Below, piece by piece: positions 49,581-59,812 of a stretch of 64,000 nucleotides of DNA. The position numbers and the translations under genes are program-made. Origin of the DNA: Oscillospiraceae bacterium (GTDB taxonomy: Bacteria > Bacillota > Clostridia > Oscillospirales > Oscillospiraceae); contig JAFTVM010000005.1 of the NCBI GenBank assembly GCA_017465745.1, positions 20,628 through 84,627 of the forward strand, in the 5' to 3' direction. Each line of letters opens with the position of its first letter. Within the stretch, counting starts at the first letter, position 1. Under the pieces are notes generated by a model that did not search any database, was not told where the DNA came from, and saw only the letters and a program-made list of their open reading frames with translations.

Positions 49581-51827
49581 TCAGGAATGGGAATTCATAT
49601 ATTCATCAAACGTGCCGGTCAGGATCTGCACCATATCTTCGTAGCGGTTGCGCATGTAGAAATACGAAGCATCGTGGTCAGCCAGCTCCAGGCGGTAGAA
49701 TATTTCAGTCTTGAGCTTATCAAAAATCTGTTGTTTGACTTCCGGATTCTTCTGTGAATTCAGGCTGAACAGACAGGTGGACAGGGCTGCATTGGTATAG
49801 GACTGACGCAACTCTTCCAGAACGCCCAACTCCTCGAGTTTATCGTGCCATGCACGACATGCATCATAGAAACAGAACGGATACTTCTTCTTGGTAGTCT
49901 GCAGGTTGTTTTCTAGTCCAACGCGATAATAGACCAGAGCCTCATCCACCGTGACAATGCGCTCGGCCATTGCAAGTGCGGCATAGGAGAAATAGAGGTC
50001 GTTCGTATTCTGCAGTTCCTGGAACTGCAGGCCCTTCTCCAGCACAAATTCACGGCGGAATGCCTTGGTCCAGGGGCAGGGCGAAGTAATACGGTACAAG
50101 CTGTCTGCACAGTCCTTGTAGCTGAACGGCTCTTTTGCGGGAGCGACGGAGGTATTGAGCAGCCATTTGGCGTTTCTGTACTGTCCGGTAACATTGTGAT
50201 AGTGCTTTGCGCCGAAGAGGACCACGTCTGCCTTTGCCTGCTTGGCCACCTGATAAGTATGCTCTGCCAGACGGCTGTGGAAGAAGTCATCGGAATCCAG
50301 GAAGATCAGGTATTCACCCTTGGCGTTGGCAATACCCAAATTACGGGCTGCACCCGCGCCCTTGTTGCACTGGGTGATCACCTTGAGCCGATGGTCCTGG
50401 GCTGCCAGTCTGTTCAGAATTTCAACAGAAGCATCGGAAGAACCGTCATCGACACAGATAATTTCAATGTGCTTCATCGTCTGGTTCAGCAGCGTCTTAA
50501 TGCCCTGTGCAATAAAACTTTCAACATTATATACAGGCATAATAATAGAAACGAAGGGCTGCTTGCCGCCGATTTTCATATACGGCTTAACCCACAGGGA
50601 ACGGCAAGCGTAAGCTATGCCGCGCTTACGCAGATTCCGCAGCTTACGAATAACAGGCCCGAACAGCCTGCATCTTTCCAGGCGTCTAACCAGCTTCTTC
50701 GCGGCCAGACGACAGGTATATGCAAAGCCATGATCTTTAATGCAGCACAGCGCGCCCGCAATCTTTCTGGGGAAGAAGGAAACTGCTTTCTTGCAGCGGT
50801 AGGTAGGAATGCTGTTCAATTCCCTCTGCAATTCGGAAACCTTACCGCGCAGCACTGCGATTTCGTTCTTCATCCTGCTACGTTCAAATTCCGTTTCGGT
50901 GCTCCGCTTGATCATATCTAGGAAATGATCCGCGGCAAAATCGCCCGCATTCAGATATGCGTCATCATTGGACACATCCAGACTCCTGAAAATGCGACGG
51001 CCGTTGCCGAATACGCTGGTATACAGATACTCGGACATCTTGGGGAAGGATGAAGCTTCCACTTCCTTATCCCGCATGAATGCCAGAATCTCCGCATAAG
51101 AAACCAGGTATCCTTCAACATTGCGCATGGTTTTCTTGACCGTCACAGTCGACTCATCGCGCATGCGCCGATGATAGAAACTCCGGTCAATATATCCCAC
51201 GCGCGCTGCAACCGCCATGCACTGGAAGGAGAACAGATTATCCTCATGCACGATTCCAGGGTAGAAGCGAATATCGTTCAGGGTCAGCAGATCCTTCCGG
51301 AAAAGCTGAAGGCATGCAGACGGCAGGAACTCACGGTTCTTGCGCATCATGGAAAACATGGTCTGACCGGTGTATACGCCGGGATAATCTCCCTTTCGCT
51401 TATAATAATTGACGTAATTCTGATTGTTTTTTTCAATCAGCTTGCTCTCAAAGAACGGACACGCATTGAAATAAACAATGTCCAGATCATCCTCATCCGC
51501 ACGCTTCATCAGCACTTCCAGAGTATCCGGCTCAATGTAATCATCGCTGTCCAGGAAATAGACATACCGTCCGGAAGCAGCTTCCAGACCTGCGTTACGG
51601 GCGCTGGACAGGCCGCCGTTCTCCTTGTGGATCAATTTGACAAAGTCATATTTTTCAGTATATGCCTTTGCAACATCCGCCGAACCGTCAGGAGAACCAT
51701 CGTTCACACAGATCACTTCGATGTTGTCAAGGGTCTGTGCAACCACGCTGTCCAGACATTCGCCAAGCAACTTTTCTACCTTATAAATTGGAATAATAAC
51801 CGACACATTAGGACAATAATTTACCAT
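49581..51827 (-). CDS. Two-domain GT2 glycosyltransferase
   Basis: Two GT-A domains (VNDGSPD/FLDSDD and VDDGSSD/FLDSDD) joined by a coiled-coil and basic linker. Confidence 0.92.
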   Translation of the reverse strand: MVNYCPNVSVIIPIYKVEKLLGECLDSVVAQTLDNIEVICVNDGSPDGSADVAKAYTEKYDFVKLIHKENGGLSSARNAGLEAASGRYVYFLDSDDYIEPDTLEVLMKRADEDDLDIVYFNACPFFESKLIEKNNQNYVNYYKRKGDYPGVYTGQTMFSMMRKNREFLPSACLQLFRKDLLTLNDIRFYPGIVHEDNLFSFQCMAVAARVGYIDRSFYHRRMRDESTVTVKKTMRNVEGYLVSYAEILAFMRDKEVEASSFPKMSEYLYTSVFGNGRRIFRSLDVSNDDAYLNAGDFAADHFLDMIKRSTETEFERSRMKNEIAVLRGKVSELQRELNSIPTYRCKKAVSFFPRKIAGALCCIKDHGFAYTCRLAAKKLVRRLERCRLFGPVIRKLRNLRKRGIAYACRSLWVKPYMKIGGKQPFVSIIMPVYNVESFIAQGIKTLLNQTMKHIEIICVDDGSSDASVEILNRLAAQDHRLKVITQCNKGAGAARNLGIANAKGEYLIFLDSDDFFHSRLAEHTYQVAKQAKADVVLFGAKHYHNVTGQYRNAKWLLNTSVAPAKEPFSYKDCADSLYRITSPCPWTKAFRREFVLEKGLQFQELQNTNDLYFSYAALAMAERIVTVDEALVYYRVGLENNLQTTKKKYPFCFYDACRAWHDKLEELGVLEELRQSYTNAALSTCLFSLNSQKNPEVKQQIFDKLKTEIFYRLELADHDASYFYMRNRYEDMVQILTGTFDEYMNSHS

Positions 51828-51854
51828 TCTTTCTTTACCTCCCTGACATGACTC

Positions 51855-52961
51855 TCAGATCAATCTCCGGACAATCTTTTCAATTCGCCTTTTGACCTTG
51901 ATCGTTTTGACAAGAGCCTTCTTCATTTTATTTTTTAGCGGTGCAGGAACAACGGGCATCACCATGCCAAGCAATCTATTGCCTTTCAGTCTGCTGACAT
52001 AATGATCTGCGCCATAGGCCATGTCTTCAATTGTTTGCCACTCAAGCGCTGTAAAATCGTCTTTGCACAGCTGTCCGAGCTGCATGGCCCGCTTAAACTC
52101 CTGCCGCATCCGTTCCAGATACTCAGGCTTGTAGGAATCATCAATGCGGTTATAGGTAAACCAGTAGTTGCGGTACTTGATCCACCAGTACATATACTGG
52201 AACCGCTCCCAAACTTCCCGGTCCTGCATCAGCAGATCCCGGATATGGTCATATTCCACATTCATGCAGTAGACCTTGGCCTTGCTCTTGACAGAGGAAT
52301 TGGGATTGTCCCGGCGGTTTCTGTAATAGGGCTTGTTGACGATCATGGCGCGCCGGGCATGGATAAACGTCTGGAAAAAGAAGCCGTTGTCCTGGAAGGA
52401 TGCGCCGGGGGTCTCGTTATGGCGGATGCCGTGCTTCTCAATGAATTCCCTGCGGTAAATACCGGTCCAGGTATTCATTGTGAAGCGGATACAGCTGGGA
52501 TCTTCGGCGGGACAGAGCAGCTGACCGTACCGGGTCCGGGTGGCATCCAGCAACTCATACTGCAGGTGCTCATTCCCCTCTGCGTCCCGGGTGAAGCGGT
52601 AAAAATCCGCCTTGACAAAATCCAGGTCGTTCTCGGAAGCCACCGTGTACAGCTCTTCGAACATCTCCGGAACAACATAGTCATCCGGCTCCACGATTCC
52701 GATATATGCGCCGGCGGCACGGTCCAGGCCTTTGTTCATAGCCTTTCCGTAACCGCCGTTGGGGCCCGTGATCACCACGATGCGCTCGTCTCTGGCGGCG
52801 TACTCACGGATGATCTCCAGAGAATTATCCGTGGAGCCGTCATCGACGCAGATGATCTCCAGTTCCTGCAGGGTCTGGCCCACAACACTGTCCAGGCATT
52901 CCCGCAGATACTGGGATACGTTGCAGATTGGTAAGATCAGGGATACTTTTTTCATACCCAT
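51855..52961 (-). CDS. GT2 glycosyltransferase
   Basis: VDDGSTD, NGGYGKAMN, IVEPDD and ASFQD. Confidence 0.92.
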   Translation of the reverse strand: MGMKKVSLILPICNVSQYLRECLDSVVGQTLQELEIICVDDGSTDNSLEIIREYAARDERIVVITGPNGGYGKAMNKGLDRAAGAYIGIVEPDDYVVPEMFEELYTVASENDLDFVKADFYRFTRDAEGNEHLQYELLDATRTRYGQLLCPAEDPSCIRFTMNTWTGIYRREFIEKHGIRHNETPGASFQDNGFFFQTFIHARRAMIVNKPYYRNRRDNPNSSVKSKAKVYCMNVEYDHIRDLLMQDREVWERFQYMYWWIKYRNYWFTYNRIDDSYKPEYLERMRQEFKRAMQLGQLCKDDFTALEWQTIEDMAYGADHYVSRLKGNRLLGMVMPVVPAPLKNKMKKALVKTIKVKRRIEKIVRRLI

Positions 52962-52964
52962 CTT

Positions 52965-53918
52965 TTACCCCTTCCGTAATTTTTTGTACTGTGCGTATTC
53001 CTCGCTGTTGTAGAAATAGGACTCGGGCTTGTCCGTGATGCCCAGGTCCGCAAACCATTCCTCACACAGCTTCTTTTCCAGAAGGGTGTGGGTGGGTTCT
53101 GCCAGAGAGTTCAGGTGCCACAGAGAGAAATGCAGGGCATAGTTGATGTAATCCTGCTCCAGTTCCCAATAGATGTCCTTCTCAACCAGCCGCTGCCGCA
53201 GCGCCGTCAGCGCGTCATAGAAGCAGTGCCAGGATTTTTCTCTGGTGACGGAGAGAGATTCCCTGCTGCCCCGGCGCTGGTGGGCCAGCACCTCCTTCAC
53301 CACCGCGATGCGCTTCGCCGCCACCAGTGCACTGAATACAAACAGCATGTCATTGGTGGTGCGCTGCTCCTGGAAATACAGCCCGTTGGCCTGCACAAAA
53401 CTGCGGCGGTAGAGCTTGTCCCAGGCCCAGCCGACGAAGGACAGAAACACATTGTCCGTCAGCTGGCGGTAGGAAAAGGGCATATAGGGGGGCAGGTCCA
53501 TGGTCCGGATGACCCAGGGAACCTCCACAAAAGATTGGGTATCCATGTGATACTGATCGGAATCATATACCACATAATCTGCCTGATACTGATCTGCCGC
53601 TGCTGCGGCCTTTTCCAGCATGTCAGGCTCGAAGAAATCATCCGCGTCCAGGAACGACAGATACTCGCCGGCCGCGTGGCACAGGCCGTTGTTTCTGGCG
53701 GCACCGGCGCCGGCGTTTGCCTGGGAAATGACACGGACTCTGGCATCCGCCTGGGCATAGGCGTCCAGGATCGCCAGCGTTCCATCGGAAGATCCATCGT
53801 CAACGCAGATGATCTCGATATCACGCAGTGTCTGGGATACGATGCTGTCCATGCACTGACGCAGATACTTCTGCGCATTGTAGCACGGAATAATGACGGA
53901 TACTTTTGGTGTATTCAT
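52965..53918 (-). CDS. GT2 glycosyltransferase
   Basis: VSVIIPCYN, VDDGSSD and FLDADD; GGAGG RBS before ATG 53918. Confidence 0.92.
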   Translation of the reverse strand: MNTPKVSVIIPCYNAQKYLRQCMDSIVSQTLRDIEIICVDDGSSDGTLAILDAYAQADARVRVISQANAGAGAARNNGLCHAAGEYLSFLDADDFFEPDMLEKAAAAADQYQADYVVYDSDQYHMDTQSFVEVPWVIRTMDLPPYMPFSYRQLTDNVFLSFVGWAWDKLYRRSFVQANGLYFQEQRTTNDMLFVFSALVAAKRIAVVKEVLAHQRRGSRESLSVTREKSWHCFYDALTALRQRLVEKDIYWELEQDYINYALHFSLWHLNSLAEPTHTLLEKKLCEEWFADLGITDKPESYFYNSEEYAQYKKLRKG

Positions 53919-53959
53919 AGTATACCTCCCGGCTGTCTGCGTTTTCCGCATGCCGCCAG

Positions 53960-54703
53960 TTATTTCATTGCTTCGGTATAAGCATCGACAACGGTATTCA
54001 CATCGCCCTTCATGCGCTCGACGCCCTTGTCGATCCAGATGGCGTGGTCGCACAGGCTCTTGACCTCGTTGATATTGTGGGAAACGTACAGCAGCGTGGT
54101 GCCGCCGCTGAGCAGCTCCTTCATGCGCGCTTCGCACTTCTGACGGAACTTCACGTCGCCGACAGCCAGAACCTCGTCAATAATGAGGATATCAGGCTTG
54201 ACCATGGTTGCGATGGCGAAGCCCAAGCGGGCGCGCATACCGGAGGAGAAATTCTTCAGGGGAGAATCCAGGAACTTTTCCACCTCGGCAAATTTCACGA
54301 TGTCATCAAAATGCTCCTGCATAAATTTTTCGGTATGGCCCAGAACGCAGCCGTTGAGGAAAATATTCTCACGGGCGGTCATCTCGTGATCGAAGCCGGC
54401 GCCCAGCTCGATGAGGGGGGCGACGGTACCGTTAACAGTAATGCTGCCCTTATAGGGCTTCAGGATCCGGCTGATGGCCTTCAGCAGCGTGGACTTGCCG
54501 GAACCGTTGGTGCCGACCAGAGCCCATGCCTCGCCCTGGCGAACCTGGAAGCTCACATCCTTGACAGCCAGGAATTCCTGGAACATCAGCTCCCGCTTCA
54601 GGAGCTTGACGAAATACTCTTTCAGGTTATCGATTTTCTGGCTGGAGAGGTTAAAGCGGATGGTAACATGATCCACGTCGATCATTACTTTCTTTTCTTC
54701 CAC
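53960..54703 (-). CDS. wzt: Polysaccharide ABC exporter ATPase (Wzt/TagH type, no C-terminal carbohydrate-binding domain)
   Basis: GTNGSGKST, FSSGMRARLGF and DEVLAVGD; 247 aa. Confidence 0.92.
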   Translation of the reverse strand: MEEKKVMIDVDHVTIRFNLSSQKIDNLKEYFVKLLKRELMFQEFLAVKDVSFQVRQGEAWALVGTNGSGKSTLLKAISRILKPYKGSITVNGTVAPLIELGAGFDHEMTARENIFLNGCVLGHTEKFMQEHFDDIVKFAEVEKFLDSPLKNFSSGMRARLGFAIATMVKPDILIIDEVLAVGDVKFRQKCEARMKELLSGGTTLLYVSHNINEVKSLCDHAIWIDKGVERMKGDVNTVVDAYTEAMK

Positions 54704-54718
54704 GTCAGATCACCTCCA

Positions 54719-55519
54719 TCAAATATACAGAATAAATCTGTCTTCCGATCTATTGAAGCTCCAGATACCGATCACCAGCATGACCACGGCTGTCACGCAG
54801 CCGGCAGCCAGGATGGCAGGACCGGGACACCGGCCATAATACACCAGGTCACGGAACTGACCCACATAGAAATACATGGGATTCAGATGCTTGATGATCC
54901 AGGCCACCGTATCGGGCAGCGCCTCGATGGGGTAGAAAATGGGGGTCAGGTACATCCATGCGGTAGTCACCGCGTTATAAATGAACTGGGTATCACGGAA
55001 GAACACATTGGCCTGAGACAGGAACAGGCCGAGACCGATGCAAAAGATATACAGCTGCAGGAACACCATGGGAATCAGGAGGGTCCACCAGGTGAGTTTG
55101 GCACCCGTGGCCACGATGACGATCAGCAGCGCACCCAGAGAGAATACACAGTCCACCAGACCGCTGGTGATCTTGGACAGGATAAAAATGTACTTGGGCA
55201 CATAGGTCTTCTTCAGCAGCGCAGCATTGCCGGTGATGGCAAATATCGCCTGGTGCGTGGACGTGTTCATAAAGTTGAAAAGCAGCTGGCCGCAGAACAG
55301 GTAAACAGGGAAATTTTCAATATTTCTGCTGAACATGGTGGAGAACACGATCGTCATAACGATCATGATCAGCAGGGGGTTCAGCACGCTCCACAGGTAG
55401 CCCAGGAAGCTGCGCCGGTATTTGAGTTTGACGTTTCTGCTGACCAGCAGCCTCAGCAGATCCCGGTAGGCCCATAATTCCTGGATACTCCGGGGCATTT
55501 TGGTGATAAACTGATCCAT
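54719..55519 (-). CDS. wzm: Polysaccharide ABC exporter permease (Wzm/TagG type)
   Basis: KLKYRRSFLGYLWSVLNP, FFRD and YLTPIFYP. Confidence 0.92.
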   Translation of the reverse strand: MDQFITKMPRSIQELWAYRDLLRLLVSRNVKLKYRRSFLGYLWSVLNPLLIMIVMTIVFSTMFSRNIENFPVYLFCGQLLFNFMNTSTHQAIFAITGNAALLKKTYVPKYIFILSKITSGLVDCVFSLGALLIVIVATGAKLTWWTLLIPMVFLQLYIFCIGLGLFLSQANVFFRDTQFIYNAVTTAWMYLTPIFYPIEALPDTVAWIIKHLNPMYFYVGQFRDLVYYGRCPGPAILAAGCVTAVVMLVIGIWSFNRSEDRFILYI

Positions 55520-55528
55520 GTTATCTCC

Positions 55529-56563
55529 TTAATTGAAGTCGTGATTGCCTCTGATCCGGTTGTAGAGCCTGGAGCGCAGAAGCTTTTCGAAGGTGGCTTT
55601 GCTGATGTGCAGACGGTTCATCAGGCAGAAGACCTTGTACTGGCTCTGGGCCAGCTGGGCGGTGCGGGGCAGCTGCGCGCGGAAGAGATTCATCATCTCC
55701 TCGCCCATCTTCCGGCCCAGCGCCTTGTCCTTCTGGACCAGCATCGTGGTGGTCAGGTAGCTCAGCAGAAGGCCCTGGGCCTTCATGGCCACATATTCCC
55801 GGCCGCCGCAGTCCTCCGGCAGGTCGAGCTTTGCAAACTCGGTGACCATCCGGCGCAGAACGGTCTCGGTATGGCCGATACGCTTGAGCTGATTTTCATC
55901 GGACACGCTCTGCTGAACGTCGCCGATGCGGTAGTCATAGACGAAGATATCCATGGGGCTGACACTGCGGGCGTAGCAGCAGGGGAAGGTGGCGAACTCG
56001 TGATCCTCATAGAACACGTGCTCGGACAGCTGGATACCGCAGCGGTGATAGAATTCGGTCTTATAGGTGATACCGTGGAAGGTCAGGCTTCGGTCAAAGC
56101 TCTTCCAGCTGCCCATGATCTCCTCCAGGGTGTAGGTCTTGCCGGGCTGGGGTGGATAGCTCATCCACTTCTTGACCTCGCCGGTGGAGATATCGCGGGT
56201 ATAGTGGTGAGTCAGCACCACGTCGCTCTCGCAGGCCTCCAGCTTCTTCAGGAAGTACTCCAGATTGGCCGTCTCCACCCAGTCATCGGCGTCGATGACC
56301 TTCAGGTATTTACCCACGGCGGCAGCACAGCCGGTGTTCAGGGCGCCGCCGTGACCCTTGTTCACCTGATTGATCAGGCGGACGGAGCCGGGATAGCGGT
56401 CGCAGAACTTCTGGGCAGCCTGGGGAGTCTCATCGGTGGAGCCGTCGTTGACGATGATGATATCCAGCCGGTCAATGACCTGGGGGTCCAGGAAGGAGCC
56501 GATGCATTTGTCCAGGAAACGGGCGCTGTTGTAGGAGGGAATGATAAAAGATAATGTCTTCAT
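55529..56563 (-). CDS. GT2 glycosyltransferase
   Basis: IIPSYN, VNDGSTD, GHGGALN and IDADD. Confidence 0.92.
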   Translation of the reverse strand: MKTLSFIIPSYNSARFLDKCIGSFLDPQVIDRLDIIIVNDGSTDETPQAAQKFCDRYPGSVRLINQVNKGHGGALNTGCAAAVGKYLKVIDADDWVETANLEYFLKKLEACESDVVLTHHYTRDISTGEVKKWMSYPPQPGKTYTLEEIMGSWKSFDRSLTFHGITYKTEFYHRCGIQLSEHVFYEDHEFATFPCCYARSVSPMDIFVYDYRIGDVQQSVSDENQLKRIGHTETVLRRMVTEFAKLDLPEDCGGREYVAMKAQGLLLSYLTTTMLVQKDKALGRKMGEEMMNLFRAQLPRTAQLAQSQYKVFCLMNRLHISKATFEKLLRSRLYNRIRGNHDFN

Positions 56564-56589
56564 CTCAATGTTCCTTTCCGCAAGGCCGG

Positions 56590-57387
56590 TCACTTCCGCT
56601 TCCGGGCCTGTTTGGTGATCTGATTGTCCGCCATTCCCCGGAAGATGGCTCCCAGGGCTTTTGCGGGGGTAATGGTGTCTTGGTACATGGCCTTTTTCCG
56701 GACCACGTAGTAGATGCCATAGAGCGTTGCCAGGGGCGCGCCCAGGATATAGCGGGTGGTGGCGCCCCGGTCGTAGAAAAATTTCTCATTGAAGCCGGCA
56801 AACCAGGTGCTTTCCTCCTGGGCGACAGAGGCCACATCCACAGGGGCGTACCAGATCTGAAGACCGGCCCGCTGGCAGTCCAGCAGGAACTTCAGTTCCT
56901 CCTCGGCGCCGTTGCCGGAGCCGGCGCCCAGCAGCTCGTCGAAGCGGACGCCGGTGCGCAGCAGGCTTTCCCGGCGGAAGGAGATCTGCCAGGAAGCAAC
57001 GTGCATGGTCTGGGGAAATTTCAGCCGCCGCACCTGGCCGCCGAAGGGACAGGGGTAGTTGACCATGCGAAAGATGATCACATCCGCCTGGGGCAGTTCC
57101 TCAAATGCGCGGAGGATCTTCTTCTCGTAACCGGGAACGAAGATCTCGTCATCGTCACACAGCAGACACACATCGGCCCGGCTCTCGGCGATGGCCATGT
57201 TGCGGCTCTTGGTCAGGCCACGCTGCAGTGTGGACAGGAAGCGGACATGACCGTAGGCGGTGTCGAATTCGCGTACTTCCTCCCGGTCGCACTGGTTGAT
57301 GACCACAGCGGATCCTGTGATATGGGACGCTGCCACGATGGACGTATCAGTCTGGTGCATGCAGGACATCAGGATATCAAGCTTCAT
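56590..57387 (-). CDS. GT2 / GT-A glycosyltransferase
   Basis: RGLTKSRN, CDDDE and GAGS...GAEEE. Confidence 0.85.
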   Translation of the reverse strand: MKLDILMSCMHQTDTSIVAASHITGSAVVINQCDREEVREFDTAYGHVRFLSTLQRGLTKSRNMAIAESRADVCLLCDDDEIFVPGYEKKILRAFEELPQADVIIFRMVNYPCPFGGQVRRLKFPQTMHVASWQISFRRESLLRTGVRFDELLGAGSGNGAEEELKFLLDCQRAGLQIWYAPVDVASVAQEESTWFAGFNEKFFYDRGATTRYILGAPLATLYGIYYVVRKKAMYQDTITPAKALGAIFRGMADNQITKQARKRK

Positions 57388-58147
57388 GCTGTCCCCCCTT
57401 CCGGGCGAAATAGTATTTTTTCACGCCGTTGAAGGCGTAGCTGACAAAGCAGGCGATGGATTTGGGCAGGCTGAAGCCCATATAGCGGTAGACCATGAAG
57501 GTCATCTTCGCCGAATGGAGCTTGCTGCCGGATTTGCCCGTATTGCTCAGGCGGTAGCGCAGCATAGGCTCGTTGATGCCCCGGGCGGCGCCGTATTTTT
57601 CCAGCACCCGCAGCCAGAGGATGTAATCCTCATGGCTGTCCTCGTGATCCATGGGGAATTCCCGGGCCGCCTCGGCCCGCAGCACCACAGAGGAGCAGGC
57701 GATGGAATTGTGTTTCAGTAAATCATTGTAGGTGATGGTTTGTGCCACAGGCAGCACTTTGCCGGTGGGTTTCCAGTCCGGGGTCATCAGCTCCCGGGCG
57801 GTGCAGCACAGGACACAGCCGCTCTCTTCCAGGACCTGCACCTGGGCCGCCAGTTTGCCCGGCATCCACAGGTCGTCGGAATCCAGAAATGCCACATACT
57901 TGCCCCGGGCCATGGAGACGCCCCGGTTGCGGCTTTTGGCGGCGCCCATATTTTTCTCATTGGTCACCACCCGCACCCGCTCGTCCGCACAGTAGGCGGC
58001 GAGAACCTCCGACACATTGTCGGGGGAACAGTCGTTGACGATGATGAGTTCCAGCGCCACATTCTGGATCAGGACAGAATCGATGGCGGCGGCAATGGTG
58101 CCGGCGCAGCGGTAGGCCGGCATGATCACAGATACCAGAGGATCCAT
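57377..58147 (-). CDS. GT2 glycosyltransferase (TuaG-like)
   Basis: VSVIMPAY, FLDSDDLW and HEDY. Confidence 0.9.
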   Translation of the reverse strand: MDPLVSVIMPAYRCAGTIAAAIDSVLIQNVALELIIVNDCSPDNVSEVLAAYCADERVRVVTNEKNMGAAKSRNRGVSMARGKYVAFLDSDDLWMPGKLAAQVQVLEESGCVLCCTARELMTPDWKPTGKVLPVAQTITYNDLLKHNSIACSSVVLRAEAAREFPMDHEDSHEDYILWLRVLEKYGAARGINEPMLRYRLSNTGKSGSKLHSAKMTFMVYRYMGFSLPKSIACFVSYAFNGVKKYYFARKGGQHEA

Positions 58148-58158
58148 AACGTCCCTCC

Positions 58159-59547
58159 TTAATGCTTTCCGGAGGGCTCTTTGGTCTTGATCTCCGCGTG
58201 GGTCTGTCCCTCCTCAATTCCTTCGGTGTTGTCCTTGACGAACAGGATCTCGAAGGTCATGAACAGCAGCTTCAGATCCAGCCAGAAGGAATAGTTCTGG
58301 ATGTAGGTCAGGTCCAGCTTCAGCTTGTCATAGGGTGTGGTATTGTACTTGCCGTAAACCTGGGCAAAGCCGGTGAGTCCGGCCTTGACCTTCAGGCGGA
58401 AATCAAATTCGGGGATGCTCTCCTTGTATTCAGCGGCCAGCTTGGGGGTCTCGGGCCGGGGACCCACCACACTCATCTCGCCCTTGAGGATATTGAACAG
58501 CTGGGGCAGCTCATCGAAATGGATGGCGCGGATGACCTTGCCCACAGGGGTGATGCGCTCATCGTTCTTGCGGGTCATGCAGTAGCCATCTTCCTTGTGG
58601 ACATACATGGAGCGGAACTTCAGCACCTTGAAGACCTTGCCGCCCCGGGTCAGCCGATCCTGGCCGTAGAGGACGGGGCCGCCGTCGCAGCACTTGATCA
58701 GGATGGCGATGATGATCATGGCAGGCGAGAACACCAGCAGCGCCACCAGTGCCACGATGATATCGAATACCCGCTTCACTGCCCGCTGGGCGATGGTCAG
58801 GCCCTTGTTGCGGAACAGCAGCATGGAAGTATCGAACTGGTGCGTATCCTGGGCCGCCATGATCATGATATCGGAAATCTTGGGCACGGCGTAGCAGCGC
58901 ACATCGTGGGCGTAGCAGAATTTCAGCACGTTGTTGCGGATCTCGGGAGGCAGGTCGGTGATGACCACGCAGTGGTAAAACAGGATCTTCTCCTTGATCA
59001 GCTCGAAGTCCTCTTCATAGGAGATGATCTCCCGGATCTCGTACTTATCCTCCCGGCCCTGAATCTTGTGGATCAGGCTGTCGGGGCTGTAGGGACCGTA
59101 GATCAGCAGTACATCCCGGGGGGGATACAACCTGGTGACGATCCAGCGGTTGAAGAAGGCCCAGGCGAACACGATGACGGCGTCCGCCAGCGTCATCCAC
59201 AGCACGGGCTCCATATGGGTCAGGAACTTCCAGTGGCCGATCAGGCACAGCTGCAGGTAAGTAATGGCGTTGACGCAAAGAACGGAAAAAGTCTGGGTAA
59301 AGAGCACCTCAAAGGTGCGCAGATGTCCCACCCGGAAGCTGCGGGTCAGCTGGAAGAAGATCAGCAGCATCAGCGCATACAGGCCGATAACAGCGATGTT
59401 GCCCATGAAGAAGAAGGGCTTGTCCAGCGCACCTGCGTCCACGTAGGAATTGAACCAGGTAAACGCAAAGACAGACGTCTGTGCAAACATCAGCATGGCA
59501 GAAGCCAGCAGCACGATCAGACGTTTCAGATGATATTTTTTATCCAT
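58159..59547 (-). CDS. Priming polyprenyl-phosphate sugar phosphotransferase
   Basis: KRVFD, KFRSM, DELPQLFNILKGEMSVVGPRPE and GLTGFAQ. Confidence 0.95.
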   Translation of the reverse strand: MDKKYHLKRLIVLLASAMLMFAQTSVFAFTWFNSYVDAGALDKPFFFMGNIAVIGLYALMLLIFFQLTRSFRVGHLRTFEVLFTQTFSVLCVNAITYLQLCLIGHWKFLTHMEPVLWMTLADAVIVFAWAFFNRWIVTRLYPPRDVLLIYGPYSPDSLIHKIQGREDKYEIREIISYEEDFELIKEKILFYHCVVITDLPPEIRNNVLKFCYAHDVRCYAVPKISDIMIMAAQDTHQFDTSMLLFRNKGLTIAQRAVKRVFDIIVALVALLVFSPAMIIIAILIKCCDGGPVLYGQDRLTRGGKVFKVLKFRSMYVHKEDGYCMTRKNDERITPVGKVIRAIHFDELPQLFNILKGEMSVVGPRPETPKLAAEYKESIPEFDFRLKVKAGLTGFAQVYGKYNTTPYDKLKLDLTYIQNYSFWLDLKLLFMTFEILFVKDNTEGIEEGQTHAEIKTKEPSGKH

Positions 59548-59812
59548 TTTGATCCAACCTTTATTTCAATCAGAAAGTAAAACCAAGGGAATACATGGCC
59601 GCACAGCGGCTGGATTGCGGACATTCTGACCGCATTATATGTGGGGATTATACCACACCGTTTTGTGTTTTTCAACAGGATGTTGTTAATAATCAATGAA
59701 GAAACCCCGATAATCAGACATTTTCCTCCTTTTATTCCGTATATGGGGCGTGACAACTGCCGAAAGCTATGGTATACTGGATACACAATATCCACGAAAG
59801 AAGGAATACTCC

